A stretch of 64,000 nucleotides of DNA from NCBI GenBank assembly GCA_963814325.1, contig CAWFCK010000017.1, positions 140,021 to 204,020 on the forward strand. Reading direction: 5' to 3'. This DNA comes from an uncultured Flavobacteriales bacterium (GTDB lineage: Bacteria; Bacteroidota; Bacteroidia; Flavobacteriales_F; PHOS-HE28). Of the stretch, positions 18,517 through 27,478 are shown piece by piece. The notes under the pieces are model-generated. The model ran no database searches and had not been told where the DNA came from. It saw only the letters and a list, made by a program, of their open reading frames with translations. The stretch's first letter is position 1, and each line of letters begins with the position of its first letter. The position numbers and the translations under genes were made by a program.

Positions 18517-18572
18517 CCAGTCCCTTTTCCTCCATCGGATGGGGCTGACCGAAGGTGTTGCATCTTCGGGCC

Positions 18573-20312
18573 ATGCGATCGTTGTTCCTTTTCCTGAGCC
18601 TGTCGGCGTTGGTGCCCGCTTCTGCGCAATGGACCTACAGCGGCGATACCACGCCCACGTGGGAGCAGGTTATCGCGCGATACGAGGAGCTTGATCGCCA
18701 ACATACCGGCGTTCGGCTCCTGCCGATCGGCGAGGACGACGGTGGACAGCCCATTCACCTATTCGTGATCAGCGACGGCAGTGGATTCACGCCGGACAGC
18801 ATCCGCGCAGCGGGAAAGAACATCCTGTGGGTCACCAATGCCATTCATCCCGGCGAGCCCGATGGCGTGGATGCCAGCCTTCTGCTCGCACAGGCCTTGT
18901 TGGACAGCGACCAGCTCATGGGACTTACCGTACACAGCGCCATCTGTATCGTGCCGATGTACAACGTGAGCGGTGCGGTGGAGCGCGGATCGCACAGCCG
19001 GGCGAACCAATTGGGCCCGATGGAATATGGATTCCGCGCCAACGCGTTGAACCTCGACCTGAACCGCGACTTCATCAAAATGGATGCGCAGAACACCTGG
19101 ACGATGGTGCGGGCGCTTACCGCATGGGATCCCGACATCTATTTCGAAACGCACGTGAGCAACGGCGCCGACCACCGTTACGTAATGGAATTGCTCACCA
19201 CCCAGGACGACAAGCTCGGTCGCACCCTTGGGCCGGTTCATGCGCGAACACATGATCCCCGACCTGTACGCGTGGATGGAGCGCAAGGGCCTTGCGATGT
19301 GCCCCTACTTCGAGACCGTGGCGAGTGCGCCCGATAACGGTCTGGTCGGCTTCTACGACGGTCCGCGATACAGCACCGGCTACAACGCGCTGTTCGACCG
19401 CATCGGCATCCTCAGCGAAACGCACATGCTGAAGCCGTATGCCGATCGAGTGAACGCCACCTTCCAGTTGATGCTGGCCACGTTGGCCTTCATGGACCAG
19501 CATCCCGAACAGCTCCGCGAAGCGCGCAATGCGGCGAAGGCTCACACCGCGGACATGGACGAGATCGGGCTGAACTGGGAGCTCGATACCACGGTGGTGG
19601 AGCGGATCCCGTGGAAGGGATACACGGCCACCATGCAGCCCAGCAAGGTGAGTGGACTGCCCCGCCTGCACTATGATCATGACCGACCTGTGGACATCAC
19701 CGTACCATGGATGGATACATACCGACCAACGCAGGTGGTCCGCAAACCGGCGGCGTACCTCGTGCCGAAGCAGTGGCGTGCGGTGATCCAACGCCTGGAA
19801 GCGAACGGGGTGAAGTGCGAGCGCCTGGCGAAGGACACACGGATCAGGGTGGAGCAGGACAGCATCGGGGCCTTTAACACGGTGCAACAACCTTACGAAG
19901 GTCACTACCTGCATCGTGGTATCCACGCCCGCACCATGCGCGTAGAGACCACGGCCCACCAAGGTGATGTGCTGGTGCGCTTGGGCCAATACACCGACCG
20001 GTACGTGATGGAAACGCTGGAGTGCACCGCCGAGGATGGCTTCTTCGCCTGGAACTTCTTCGATGCCCAGTTGCAGCAGAAGGAATGGTTCAGCGATTAT
20101 GTTTTTGAGGACATCGCGGCGGACCTGCTGGAGCGGGACCCTGCATTAAGGGCGGCGTTGGAAGCGCGGCGCGTGGAGGATCCTTGTTCGCCGCCGATGG
20201 CTGGGCGCAGCTGCTGTTCATTTACCAGCGTTCGCCGTACTTCGAAAAATGCTACAGGCAGTACCCCGTTCTGCGCGTCGTTGACCTGCCCGCCGAACTT
20301 CGCGCACGCTGA
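18573..20312 (+). pseudogene. M14-family zinc carboxypeptidase, frame interrupted twice (possibly assembly errors)
   Basis: ORFs 18555-19337 and 19228-20427 join. Signal peptide MRSLFLFLSLSALVPASAQ; zinc motif NAIHPGEPDG. The first switch is at the CCC run 19225-19227 (..KLGRT|LGRFMREHMIPDLY..). The second is at the TT run 20184-20185, after which the conserved tail LFAADGWAQLLFIYQRSPYFEKCYRQYPVLRVV ends at TGA 20310-20312. Confidence 0.8.
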
Positions 20313-20324
20313 CACCTCTCCAAC

Positions 20325-21296
20325 ATGCTCAACATCAAGGCTCGTCTTCTGCAGGATCCCGGCATCGGCACCAACTTCGATCGCCCCGTTGACCGTCTTG
20401 TGGCGCCGGATGGCAGCTTTACCGTGAAGCGGGTAGGGGCCAGTTCGGGATTGCGTGAGGCCTTCGTGTCCCTCGTGAGCATGTCCAATGGCCGGTTCAT
20501 CCTCGTGCTTGCCGTCGGATACGCTTTCATCAACGCATTGTTCGGCGCGTTGTACATGGCCGCAGGTGTGGAGGGCATCGGCAACGCACGTTTGGATACG
20601 CTGACGGACCGGTGGTATACGGCGTTGGGCATGAGCGTGCAGACGATCACCACGGTCGGCTATGGCGCATTCTACCCGGATTCACGCGCGATCTGGGCCG
20701 TGGTGGCCGTGGAGGGCATGTTCGGGATCCTGAGCTTCTCGCTGATCGCTGCCGTGATGTTCGCGCGCTTCGCACGACCCACTGCTCGGCTGGCCTACTG
20801 TGAAAAGGCCCTGATCGCTCCATTCCAGGAGGGATGGAGCTTCCAGATGCGCCTGGCCAACCGCCGGAGCACTTTGCTCATGGAGGTGGAGGCCCAAATG
20901 ATGCTGGTGATGGCGGATGTGGACGCGCAAGGCGAACGCCTCAACTATTACAACATGCCCTTGCAGCTGGCCAAGATCAGCTTCATGCCCTTGAGTTGGA
21001 CATTGGTGCACCCGATCAACGCCGAAAGCCCCTTCGCGGGTCTGTCCATGCAAGATCTTGAACAGCGCCGTGCCGAGGTCATCGTCATCTTCAAAGGCAT
21101 CGACGAAGGCTACATGCAGCATGTCTTCACGCGGCATTCCTACCGGTTCGACGAGATCGTCTGGGGTGGCCGGTTCGTGCGCGCATTCACTGCCAACCTG
21201 CAAGGCGGAATGGAACTGGACCTCGATAAGCTCAGCCAGCACGACATCCTTGACCTGCCCGAGCGGATCCCTGTGGCCGAGGTCAAGGCAACCTGA
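20325..21296 (+). CDS. Inward-rectifier-type (KirBac-like) potassium channel
   Basis: Two TM helices flank a pore helix with the selectivity filter TTVGYG (..MSVQTITTVGYGAFYP..). A cytoplasmic Ig-like IRK C-terminal domain follows. Confidence 0.88.
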   Translation: MLNIKARLLQDPGIGTNFDRPVDRLVAPDGSFTVKRVGASSGLREAFVSLVSMSNGRFILVLAVGYAFINALFGALYMAAGVEGIGNARLDTLTDRWYTALGMSVQTITTVGYGAFYPDSRAIWAVVAVEGMFGILSFSLIAAVMFARFARPTARLAYCEKALIAPFQEGWSFQMRLANRRSTLLMEVEAQMMLVMADVDAQGERLNYYNMPLQLAKISFMPLSWTLVHPINAESPFAGLSMQDLEQRRAEVIVIFKGIDEGYMQHVFTRHSYRFDEIVWGGRFVRAFTANLQGGMELDLDKLSQHDILDLPERIPVAEVKAT

Positions 21297-21368
21297 TATC
21301 CGTCAGGAATACCGAACTTAACGGCAGCGAACTTCGCTCCTACAAGGAGTCACCTTATTCTCATCGCC

Positions 21369-21821
21369 ATGAACATTCCCAAGCACCACGTTATCCGTGC
21401 AGCGCAGAACAAGCTTGATTCGATGCTCGCCGACCACCGCGACCGGATCTCCGACCTGCGCTCGGCCACCATCCGCGACGAACTGCAGGAAACCGCCAGC
21501 CAGAGCGAATCGAACCGCGTGGCCGACATCGAATTACTGGACCGCTTCAGCGAACAGGCACAGCGCTTGGAGCGTGAGCGCGACCTACTGGAGCGGTTTG
21601 AAGAGAAGACCTTGATGGATTCAGTGCGCCCCGGTGCCATGGTGATCACCAACAAGCGGAACTTCCTGATCGGCCCGAGCATCGAGGAATTCGCCGCCGA
21701 TGGCGTTGAATTCCTGGGCCTCTCCACAGACGCGCCCCTCTACAAGGCGCTCGACGGGCGCCGCAAAGGCGATCAGGTGAAGTTCCATGATGTGGCCTAC
21801 GACATCCTCGACGTGCGCTGA
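21369..21821 (+). CDS. GreA/GreB-like C-terminal-domain protein (family often mis-annotated in Bacteroidota)
   Basis: 150 aa. N-terminal coiled coil (..SESNRVADIELLDRFSEQAQRLERERDLLERF..), then GAMVITNKRNFLIGPS..LGLSTDAPLYKALDGRRKGDQVKFHDVAYDILDV, which resembles the GreA C-terminal FKBP-like fold. Confidence 0.6.
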   Translation: MNIPKHHVIRAAQNKLDSMLADHRDRISDLRSATIRDELQETASQSESNRVADIELLDRFSEQAQRLERERDLLERFEEKTLMDSVRPGAMVITNKRNFLIGPSIEEFAADGVEFLGLSTDAPLYKALDGRRKGDQVKFHDVAYDILDVR

Positions 21822-21862
21822 ACGCCAACCGCGTTAAGTTCGCGGCATGGAAGATCTATGAG

Positions 21863-22390
21863 ATGGGCGTTGGTGCCCGCGTGAAGCACCCCACCATGGG
21901 CGTTGGGGTGATCTATGACCTTGACCCCCGCACGGTGCACGTGTTCTTCAAGGAACACGGCGAGCAACCCATCAGCCGCTCCTTCGAGGGCCTTGTGGTG
22001 ATCGGCCCCGGCCCCGAACTGCCCGGCGCAGAACTGGACATGGACAGCGTACGTGAGGCCTTGCGCGAGGTATTGGCCGAGGCCAACATCCCCGAAAGAA
22101 AGGTGGAACTGGCCCGCCGGTACAAGGGCGGCACAATGGAACTGAAGCCTGGCGACACGACGCTCAAAAGCAAGGAGCTGCCCATCGAGGACTTCTTCCA
22201 CAAGATCGTGATGATCCGCGACCGGTTCCGCGTGCTGGAGCAAAAGATCAACGCGCATCCTGCGCTGAGCGAACAAGAGAAGGTGGAGTTGCAGCAATAC
22301 ATCACGCGGTGTTATGGCAGCCTCACCACCTTCAATATCCTGTTCGAGGATAAGGAGGATCATTTCGTTGGCCAGAAGGGCGAGGCCTGA
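21863..22390 (+). CDS. Hypothetical protein (175 aa)
   Basis: Clean ORF. The N-terminus GARVKHPTMGVGVIYDL resembles the small Tudor-like DUF3553/UvrD-C motif. The C-terminal half is helical. No further assignment. Confidence 0.6.
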   Translation: MGVGARVKHPTMGVGVIYDLDPRTVHVFFKEHGEQPISRSFEGLVVIGPGPELPGAELDMDSVREALREVLAEANIPERKVELARRYKGGTMELKPGDTTLKSKELPIEDFFHKIVMIRDRFRVLEQKINAHPALSEQEKVELQQYITRCYGSLTTFNILFEDKEDHFVGQKGEA

Positions 22391-22439
22391 TCCCCGAACG
22401 TCCACATCGCCCCAACGCACCGAGGAAGTTTTCAACCTC

Positions 22440-22754
22440 CGTGGCAGATCGCGGTGGACCATGCTACATTCGTGTCGCTCCGTTCTTTACCATCACCTGT
22501 GTAGCCAACATCCTCCGGTCAGGCCGGATGTCATCGCAAGGCCCACACAGGCCAACTGTTCATCGGAACCAACAATTTCCATCAGGGGTCGCAACTCCGG
22601 TGGTCTACGGCGGGCCTCAGCCCTGCTTCGGCAGGGACTTGCCATCCAGGGCTTGCCCAGGACGGCGACAGGAGGATTACGGAAGCCACCCCAGCGATCC
22701 CGCCTATGTGATAAACATGGGTTCTATGAACGTGGCCCTGTGTGGGCTTTTTTT
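22440..22754 (+). ncRNA. Candidate structured RNA or hairpin-forming element of unknown family upstream of queE
   Basis: The 420-bp gap has no convincing ORF. Nested helices: 22541-22553/22734-22747 (13 bp, 1 bulge), 22558-22563/22726-22731, 22566-22570/22720-22724, 22585-22592/22694-22701 and 22599-22603/22686-22690. There is a C(UUCG)G hairpin at 22621-22636. The element ends in T7 (22748-22754). The 5' boundary is uncertain. Confidence 0.45.
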
Positions 22755-22809
22755 GTCCCGGCGTTGAGCCCGGCCGAACCTTCCCTCCCTTTGTACAGTC
22801 AAGCGCGTC

Positions 22810-23406
22810 GTGAAATACCCTGTTGTTGAATCATTCTACACCCTGCAAGGCGAAGGCGTCTTCACCGGCCAGGCCGCGTATTTCATCCGCCTCGGTGGCT
22901 GCGATGTTGGCTGCACGTGGTGTGATGTGAAGGAGAGCTGGGATGCCTCCGCGCATCCGTTGATCGACGTGGAGCAATTGGTGGCGGAAGCCTCCGCCCA
23001 TCCGGCCCGCATCGCCGTGATCACGGGAGGCGAACCGCTGATGCACGACCTCAAGCCCCTCACCGATGCGCTGCGCACGGCGGGCTTCCGCACGCATATC
23101 GAGACCAGTGGTGCACATCCGTTCTCGGGAGATTGGCACCATGTATGCCTCAGTCCGAAGAAGTTCAAGGCCGCGTTGCCGCAAGCCTACCAACGCGCCG
23201 ATGAATTGAAGGTGATCGTCTTCAACAAACACGACCTGAAATGGGCTGAGGAACAGGCCGCCGCCACCAACGGTGCATGCGTCCTCTACCTGCAACCCGA
23301 ATGGGACAAGCGCGAGGCCATGATGCCGCTGATCACCGAACACGTCAAGGCACATCCGCGCTGGCGCGTTTCGCTCCAAACACACAAGTACCTCAACATT
23401 CCATGA
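22810..23406 (+). CDS. queE: 7-carboxy-7-deazaguanine synthase (radical SAM, queuosine pathway)
   Basis: GTG start. VESFYTLQGEGVFTGQAAYFIRLGGCDVGCTWCDVKESWD matches the QueE cluster-binding N-terminus. The C-terminus is ..RVSLQTHKYLNIP. Confidence 0.9.
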   Translation: MKYPVVESFYTLQGEGVFTGQAAYFIRLGGCDVGCTWCDVKESWDASAHPLIDVEQLVAEASAHPARIAVITGGEPLMHDLKPLTDALRTAGFRTHIETSGAHPFSGDWHHVCLSPKKFKAALPQAYQRADELKVIVFNKHDLKWAEEQAAATNGACVLYLQPEWDKREAMMPLITEHVKAHPRWRVSLQTHKYLNIP

Positions 23407-25404
23407 GCATTCTTCCCGGAGCAGCCACAACGGTGATGACCACGTTGCGTATCGCGGTCATGGGCATAGTGCTCACCTCCTGCCATGGTCCTGCAGCGAT
23501 CGCGCAACCCACGAATTACACCACCAAGGACAAGAAGGCGATCAAGCTGTTGGAAAGTGGCGGCGATTGCATGCGGCAGCGGAAATGGGCCTGTGCCGAA
23601 GCCGACCTGAAGAAGGCGGCGACCATCGATCCTTCCTTCATCGAACCGCGCATATACCTGGCCGAGATGTACGAGGAACAGGATCGCGCTGCGGAGGCCA
23701 TCAGCTATTGGACCGAGGTCGTCGCCATTTCGCCCAAGTACTTTCCGCCGGCGCCGCTGCACCTGGCGGAACTCGAGTTCGCTGCACAGCGGTACGATGA
23801 TGCCGAGAAGCACTACCGCCTCTATCTCTCCAATGACGATGAGCCCATGCGCGTGGCCAAGGCCAGATTGGGATCTGCTGAACTGTGAATTTGCGCGCGA
23901 GGCGGTGAAGAACCCGGTGCCGTTCAACCCGGTGAACATGGGGCCGGGCGTGAATTCGAAGTTCCCCGAATACTACCCATGCATCACGGCAGACGATGCG
24001 ACGCTGCTCTTCACGCGCCGCGTTGACGATCCATCATCACCCTATGGAATGCAGGAGGATTTCTACGTGAGCCATCGCATGGACACCACGTGGGGCCCGG
24101 CGACCACCATCCCCAGCGTGGATACCAAGGCGAACGAAGGCGCCGGAACGCTGAGCCCGGACGGGCGCTTCATCGTGTTCACCAAATGCGCGGTGGATCG
24201 ACGGCACCTATGGCGAAGGTGTGCGCGGACTGCGGCAGTTGCGATCTCTTCATCAGCCGCCGCATCGGCGAGCGCTGGACACGGCCGGAGAACCTCGGGT
24301 CACCGCTGAACTCGCGCGATTGGGAGAGCCAGCCGTCGTTGGCCAGCGATGGCAAGACGCTGTACTTCGTGCGTGCGGGCCAGGCCCGTGATGGCCTCAA
24401 GGGCATGGACATCTACAAGAGCACCTTGGGAGACGATGGCGCGTTCGGCAAGCCCGAGCCGCTGGGAAAGAACATCAATACACCGTTCCAGGAGGAGAGC
24501 GTGCAGATCCACCCGGATGGGCGAACGCTCTACTTCAGCAGCGAAGGACATCCCGGGCATGGGGGGGCTGGACATCTTCGTGAGCCGCATGCAGGATGAC
24601 GGCATCCTGGGGAAAACCGGAGAACCTCGGCTATCCGATCAACACCAGCGGTGATGAGAACAGCGTGCTGGTGGGCAGCGACGGGAGCTGGCCTATCTTC
24701 GCCAGCGATCGTGAAGGTGGAATGGGCGATCTGGACCTGTACAGCATTCGAACTGCCTGCCGCAGCGCGTGCCAACTCCGGTGAACTACATCCCTGGCCG
24801 GGTCTCCGACATGACCAGTGGCAAGGCGGTGGAAGCGGACGTGCAGCTGTATCGACCTGGCCTACCGGCAAACTGGCCACAGCGGCCTACAGCGATCCCA
24901 AGAGCGGGCGAGTTCCTCGTGTGCCTGCCCACCGGCCGCGACTACGCGCTGAACGCAAGCGCCGAGGGCTATCTCTTCTTCAGCGAGAACTACAGCATCG
25001 CGCAACGGCACGGCGGACAAGCCCTACATCGCTCGACGTGCAATTGAGCCCATTGACCGCGGGCAGCGCGATCGCCTTGCGCAACATCTTCTTCAACACC
25101 GCCAGCGCCGAACTGCTGCCCGCAGAGCAACGCGGAACTGGACAAGTCCTGCTGCGGCTGATGAAAGCCAATCCGGACATGCGCATCGAAGTGGGCGGCC
25201 ATACCGATAACGTGGGTGCGGATGCCGACAACCAGAAGCTCAGCGAACAGCGCGCCGACGGCCGTGGCGAAGTTCCTCACCAGCTATGGCATCGATGCCG
25301 CGCGGGTCACCTCGAAAGGCTATGGCGAATCGAAGCCGGTGGCCTGCAACGATACGGAGGAGGGCAGGGCGCAGAACCGCCGCACGGAGATAACCGTGTT
25401 GTAG
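23403..25404 (+). pseudogene. TPR / TolB-like beta-propeller / OmpA-C-terminal-domain protein, reading frame broken at least 10 times
   Basis: Conserved pieces occur in alternating frames:
- the TPR part (23403-23870);
- NPVPFNPVNMGPGVNSKFPEYYPCITADDATLLFTRR;
- CGSCDLFISRRIGERWTRPENLGSPLNS;
- DGKTLYFVRAG;
- DGRTLYFSSEGHPG|MGGLDIFVSRMQDDG|WGKPENLGYPINTSGDENS;
- EFLVCLPTGRDYALNASAEGYLFFSENYSI;
- the OmpA part IALRNIFFNTASAEL..MRIEVGGHTDNVGADADNQKLSEQRA|TAVAKFL..GYGESKPVACNDTEEGRAQNRRTEITVL, with the stop at 25402-25404. Confidence 0.8.
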
Positions 25405-25430
25405 ATGCCCTGCGCCAACATACCTGCGGG

Positions 25431-25854
25431 ATGGACGTGCCCCGATCCCGAAGAATGCGCAGGTGAGCGCCGTCATGAGCCGCATCCGCAGCAAGAACAC
25501 AGGACCGGAGTTGGCGGTGCGAAAACGTTGAGCGCCGCACGGGATGAAGGGCTACCGCTTGCACTATGCCAAGACCCCGGGTCAAGCCGGACATTACTTT
25601 CGTGGGCAGGAAAGTGGCGGTGTTCGTGCACGGTTGCTTCTGGCACGGCTGTCCGCATTGCCAGCCGCAGCGCCCGAAGACGCACAAGGGATTCTGGAAC
25701 GCCAAGCTGGACCGGAACATCGAACGCGATGACGAGAAGGTGACGGCCTTGAAACGCGCGGGCTGGCGTGTGATCACCGCTGTGGGAGTGCAGAGTGCGG
25801 AGGAACCCGGCACTGGAGGCCCGTAAGGTGGAACGGGCATTGGGTCGCGACTGA
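25431..25854 (+). pseudogene. vsr: Very-short-patch repair endonuclease (Vsr), disrupted by an in-frame TGA and at least 2 frameshifts
   Basis: The pieces are MSRIRSKNTGPELAVRKR*, then MKGYRLHYAKTPG in the same frame after the TGA at about 25520. KPDITFVGRKVAVFVHGCFWHGCPHCQPQRPKTHKGFWNAKLDRNIERDDEKVTALKRAGWRVIT is in a second frame. LWECRVRRNPALEARKVERALGRD, ending at 25852-25854, is in a third. No dcm-like methyltransferase gene is adjacent. Confidence 0.75.
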
Positions 25855-26145
25855 TCAGGACGGTTTGCGGCCGAAGATCCTTGCGAAGAACCGCTTCTCG
25901 AATTCCCAGAAGAAACGGAACTGCCCAAAGAGTGCTCCGTACACCAGGAGCACCACGTTGTAGAAGGGCAGGATCAGCACGTAGTAAAGGACGCTGAACC
26001 ACAGCGACTGTTCATCGCCATCCGTCGCCCAAGCCACCACCGGGCGTTTCAGGAACATCACCGTGAAGCCCGTGCAAGCGAACACGAGCAGAATGATCAG
26101 CACACGTGAAGGCGCAACGTTCCAACGTGTTGCCAACCGATCCAT
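25855..26145 (-). CDS. Small membrane protein of unknown function (2-3 TM helices)
   Basis: ORF 25855-26172 has a GTG start. ATG 26145 gives MDRLATRWNVAPSRVLIILLVFACTGFTVMFL... A second helix pair is LWFSVLYYVLILPFYNVVLLVYGALFG. Confidence 0.6.
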   Translation of the reverse strand: MDRLATRWNVAPSRVLIILLVFACTGFTVMFLKRPVVAWATDGDEQSLWFSVLYYVLILPFYNVVLLVYGALFGQFRFFWEFEKRFFARIFGRKPS

Positions 26146-26195
26146 CCATCCTGCACCGGACTTGTTCTCCACGCAACGAAGATGCGAGGGATTTC

Positions 26196-26279
26196 CATGC
26201 CCACATGCTCACATGTCCACATGCTCCCATGCCCACATGCTCACATGGTCCCATGTCCACATGGGCACATGGCTCCATG
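26196..26279. repeat. Array of 11 CATG cores phased at exactly 8 bp, with an embedded 32-bp higher-order repeat
   Basis: CATG is found at 26196, 26204, 26212, 26220, 26228, 26236, 26244, 26252, 26260, 26268 and 26276. Most units read NNCACATG. Segment 26196-26217 is repeated at 26228-26249. The array lies between the stop of gene 26291-27406 and the start of gene 25855-26145/26172. Confidence 0.9.
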
Positions 26280-26290
26280 CCCTCACCCCA

Positions 26291-27406
26291 TCAATCCTTC
26301 CACTCGGCCAGGAACAGATTCGTTTCCCTGTTCTTCCCCCCGCGGTTGCTGCTGAACACCAGGAAGCGTCCATCGGGGCTGAACGATGGGAAGGCATCGA
26401 ACGCATCGGAATACGTGACCTGCTCCAGACCCGTGCCATCGATGTTCACCAGGTACAGGGTGAAGGGGAAGCCGCGCTCGCTGGTGTGATTGCTGGCGAA
26501 GAGGATCCGCTTGCCATCCGGATGCCAGCAGGGCGCCCAGTTCGCCTGGCCCAATGAGGTGATCTGCCGCGCATCGCTGCCATCCGCATTCGCCACGAAC
26601 AACTCCATCCGCGTCGGTTGCACCTGGCCTTTCTTCAGCAGGTCGAAGTACTCGGCCAGTTCCTCCTTGGTCTGTGGTCGACTGGCGCGCCAGACGAGCT
26701 TGGTGCCATCCGGGCTGAAGAATGCGCCGCCGTCGTAGCCCGGGGTGTTGGTCACACGTTTCACATCGCTGCCATCCACGTTCATGGTGTACAGCTCAAT
26801 GTCGCCATCGCGCATGCTGGTGAACACGATGCGATCGCCTTTCGGGGAGATCGTCGCTTCCGCATCGTACCCCGGCGACTTCGTGAGCTGCGCGCGCATG
26901 TTGCCCTTCAGGTCGCTTACGTAGATCTCATAGTCGGGGTAGATCGGCCATATGTACTTGCCGCCGTGCTTGTGCTCAGGTACCGCAGGGCACGAGGCGC
27001 CACCGCTCTGTGTGCTGGCGAAGAGCACCAAGCTGTCGCCGGGCATGAAATAACTGCATGTAGTGCGACCACCGCCCAAGCTCAGCTTCACCGGTGCCTT
27101 ATGCCGCAGGTCATCATGGAACGGGTCGAACACGTGGATCTGATCGCACGCATTGTCCCAGTCGGCGAAGTCCGATTGGAAGCTGAGCAGTTGACCATTG
27201 AAGCTCCAGTAAGCCTCGGCGTTGTTGCCGCCCCAGGTCAGCTTCTTCAGGTGTACGAGGTGCTTCTCTTGCGCGCCGATCAGCGTGTCGGCGTTCCATC
27301 CAATGCTGTCAACTGGTGTCGCGGGTGCCGGGCTCTTGGCAACATCGGTTGTGGGCGTGGAGCAGGCCGCAGCCATGAGGGGAACTGAAAGGAGAAGGAT
27401 ACGCAT
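26291..27406 (-). CDS. TolB-like PD40 (WD40-like beta-propeller) repeat lipoprotein
   Basis: Lipoprotein signal MRILLLSVPLMAAAC. Repeated PD40 units are present: ISPKGDRIVFTS, FFSPDGTKLVWRA, CWHPDGKRILFASN and SFSPDGRFLVFSSNR. Confidence 0.85.
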   Translation of the reverse strand: MRILLLSVPLMAAACSTPTTDVAKSPAPATPVDSIGWNADTLIGAQEKHLVHLKKLTWGGNNAEAYWSFNGQLLSFQSDFADWDNACDQIHVFDPFHDDLRHKAPVKLSLGGGRTTCSYFMPGDSLVLFASTQSGGASCPAVPEHKHGGKYIWPIYPDYEIYVSDLKGNMRAQLTKSPGYDAEATISPKGDRIVFTSMRDGDIELYTMNVDGSDVKRVTNTPGYDGGAFFSPDGTKLVWRASRPQTKEELAEYFDLLKKGQVQPTRMELFVANADGSDARQITSLGQANWAPCWHPDGKRILFASNHTSERGFPFTLYLVNIDGTGLEQVTYSDAFDAFPSFSPDGRFLVFSSNRGGKNRETNLFLAEWKD

Positions 27407-27478
27407 GTAGTGGTCAAATGGACGGCGAAACTAGTCCGCGCGGCCCAGCGTTCTGTCAGGTGATCGCCATGCTATCTT

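Noticed and set aside
22440-22754. RNase P RNA, tmRNA or SRP RNA identity for the structured element upstream of queE.
   Set aside because: The universal RNase P blocks GAGGAAAGUCCGG and ACAGAA..CGGCUUA are absent on both strands. So are the tmRNA tRNA-like ends (GGGG...UCCACCA) and the SRP GGAAGGAAGCAGC motif. A cobalamin-riboswitch B12 box resemblance (CCCGCCTATGTGA) was too weak, and the gene context does not fit.
25518-25524. The in-frame TGA in vsr as a selenocysteine codon, given selD in the window.
   Set aside because: Vsr is not a known selenoprotein. No SECIS-like hairpin follows, and the gene also has frameshifts. A nonsense mutation or paired indels is the simpler reading.
26196-26279. 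The CATG array as a CRISPR array or as coding for a His/Met-rich peptide (ORFs 26063-26557, 26012-26278).
   Set aside because: The 8-bp period leaves no spacers, so it is not CRISPR-like. The period is not divisible by 3, and every frame gives a shifting low-complexity peptide without a start context or homolog.
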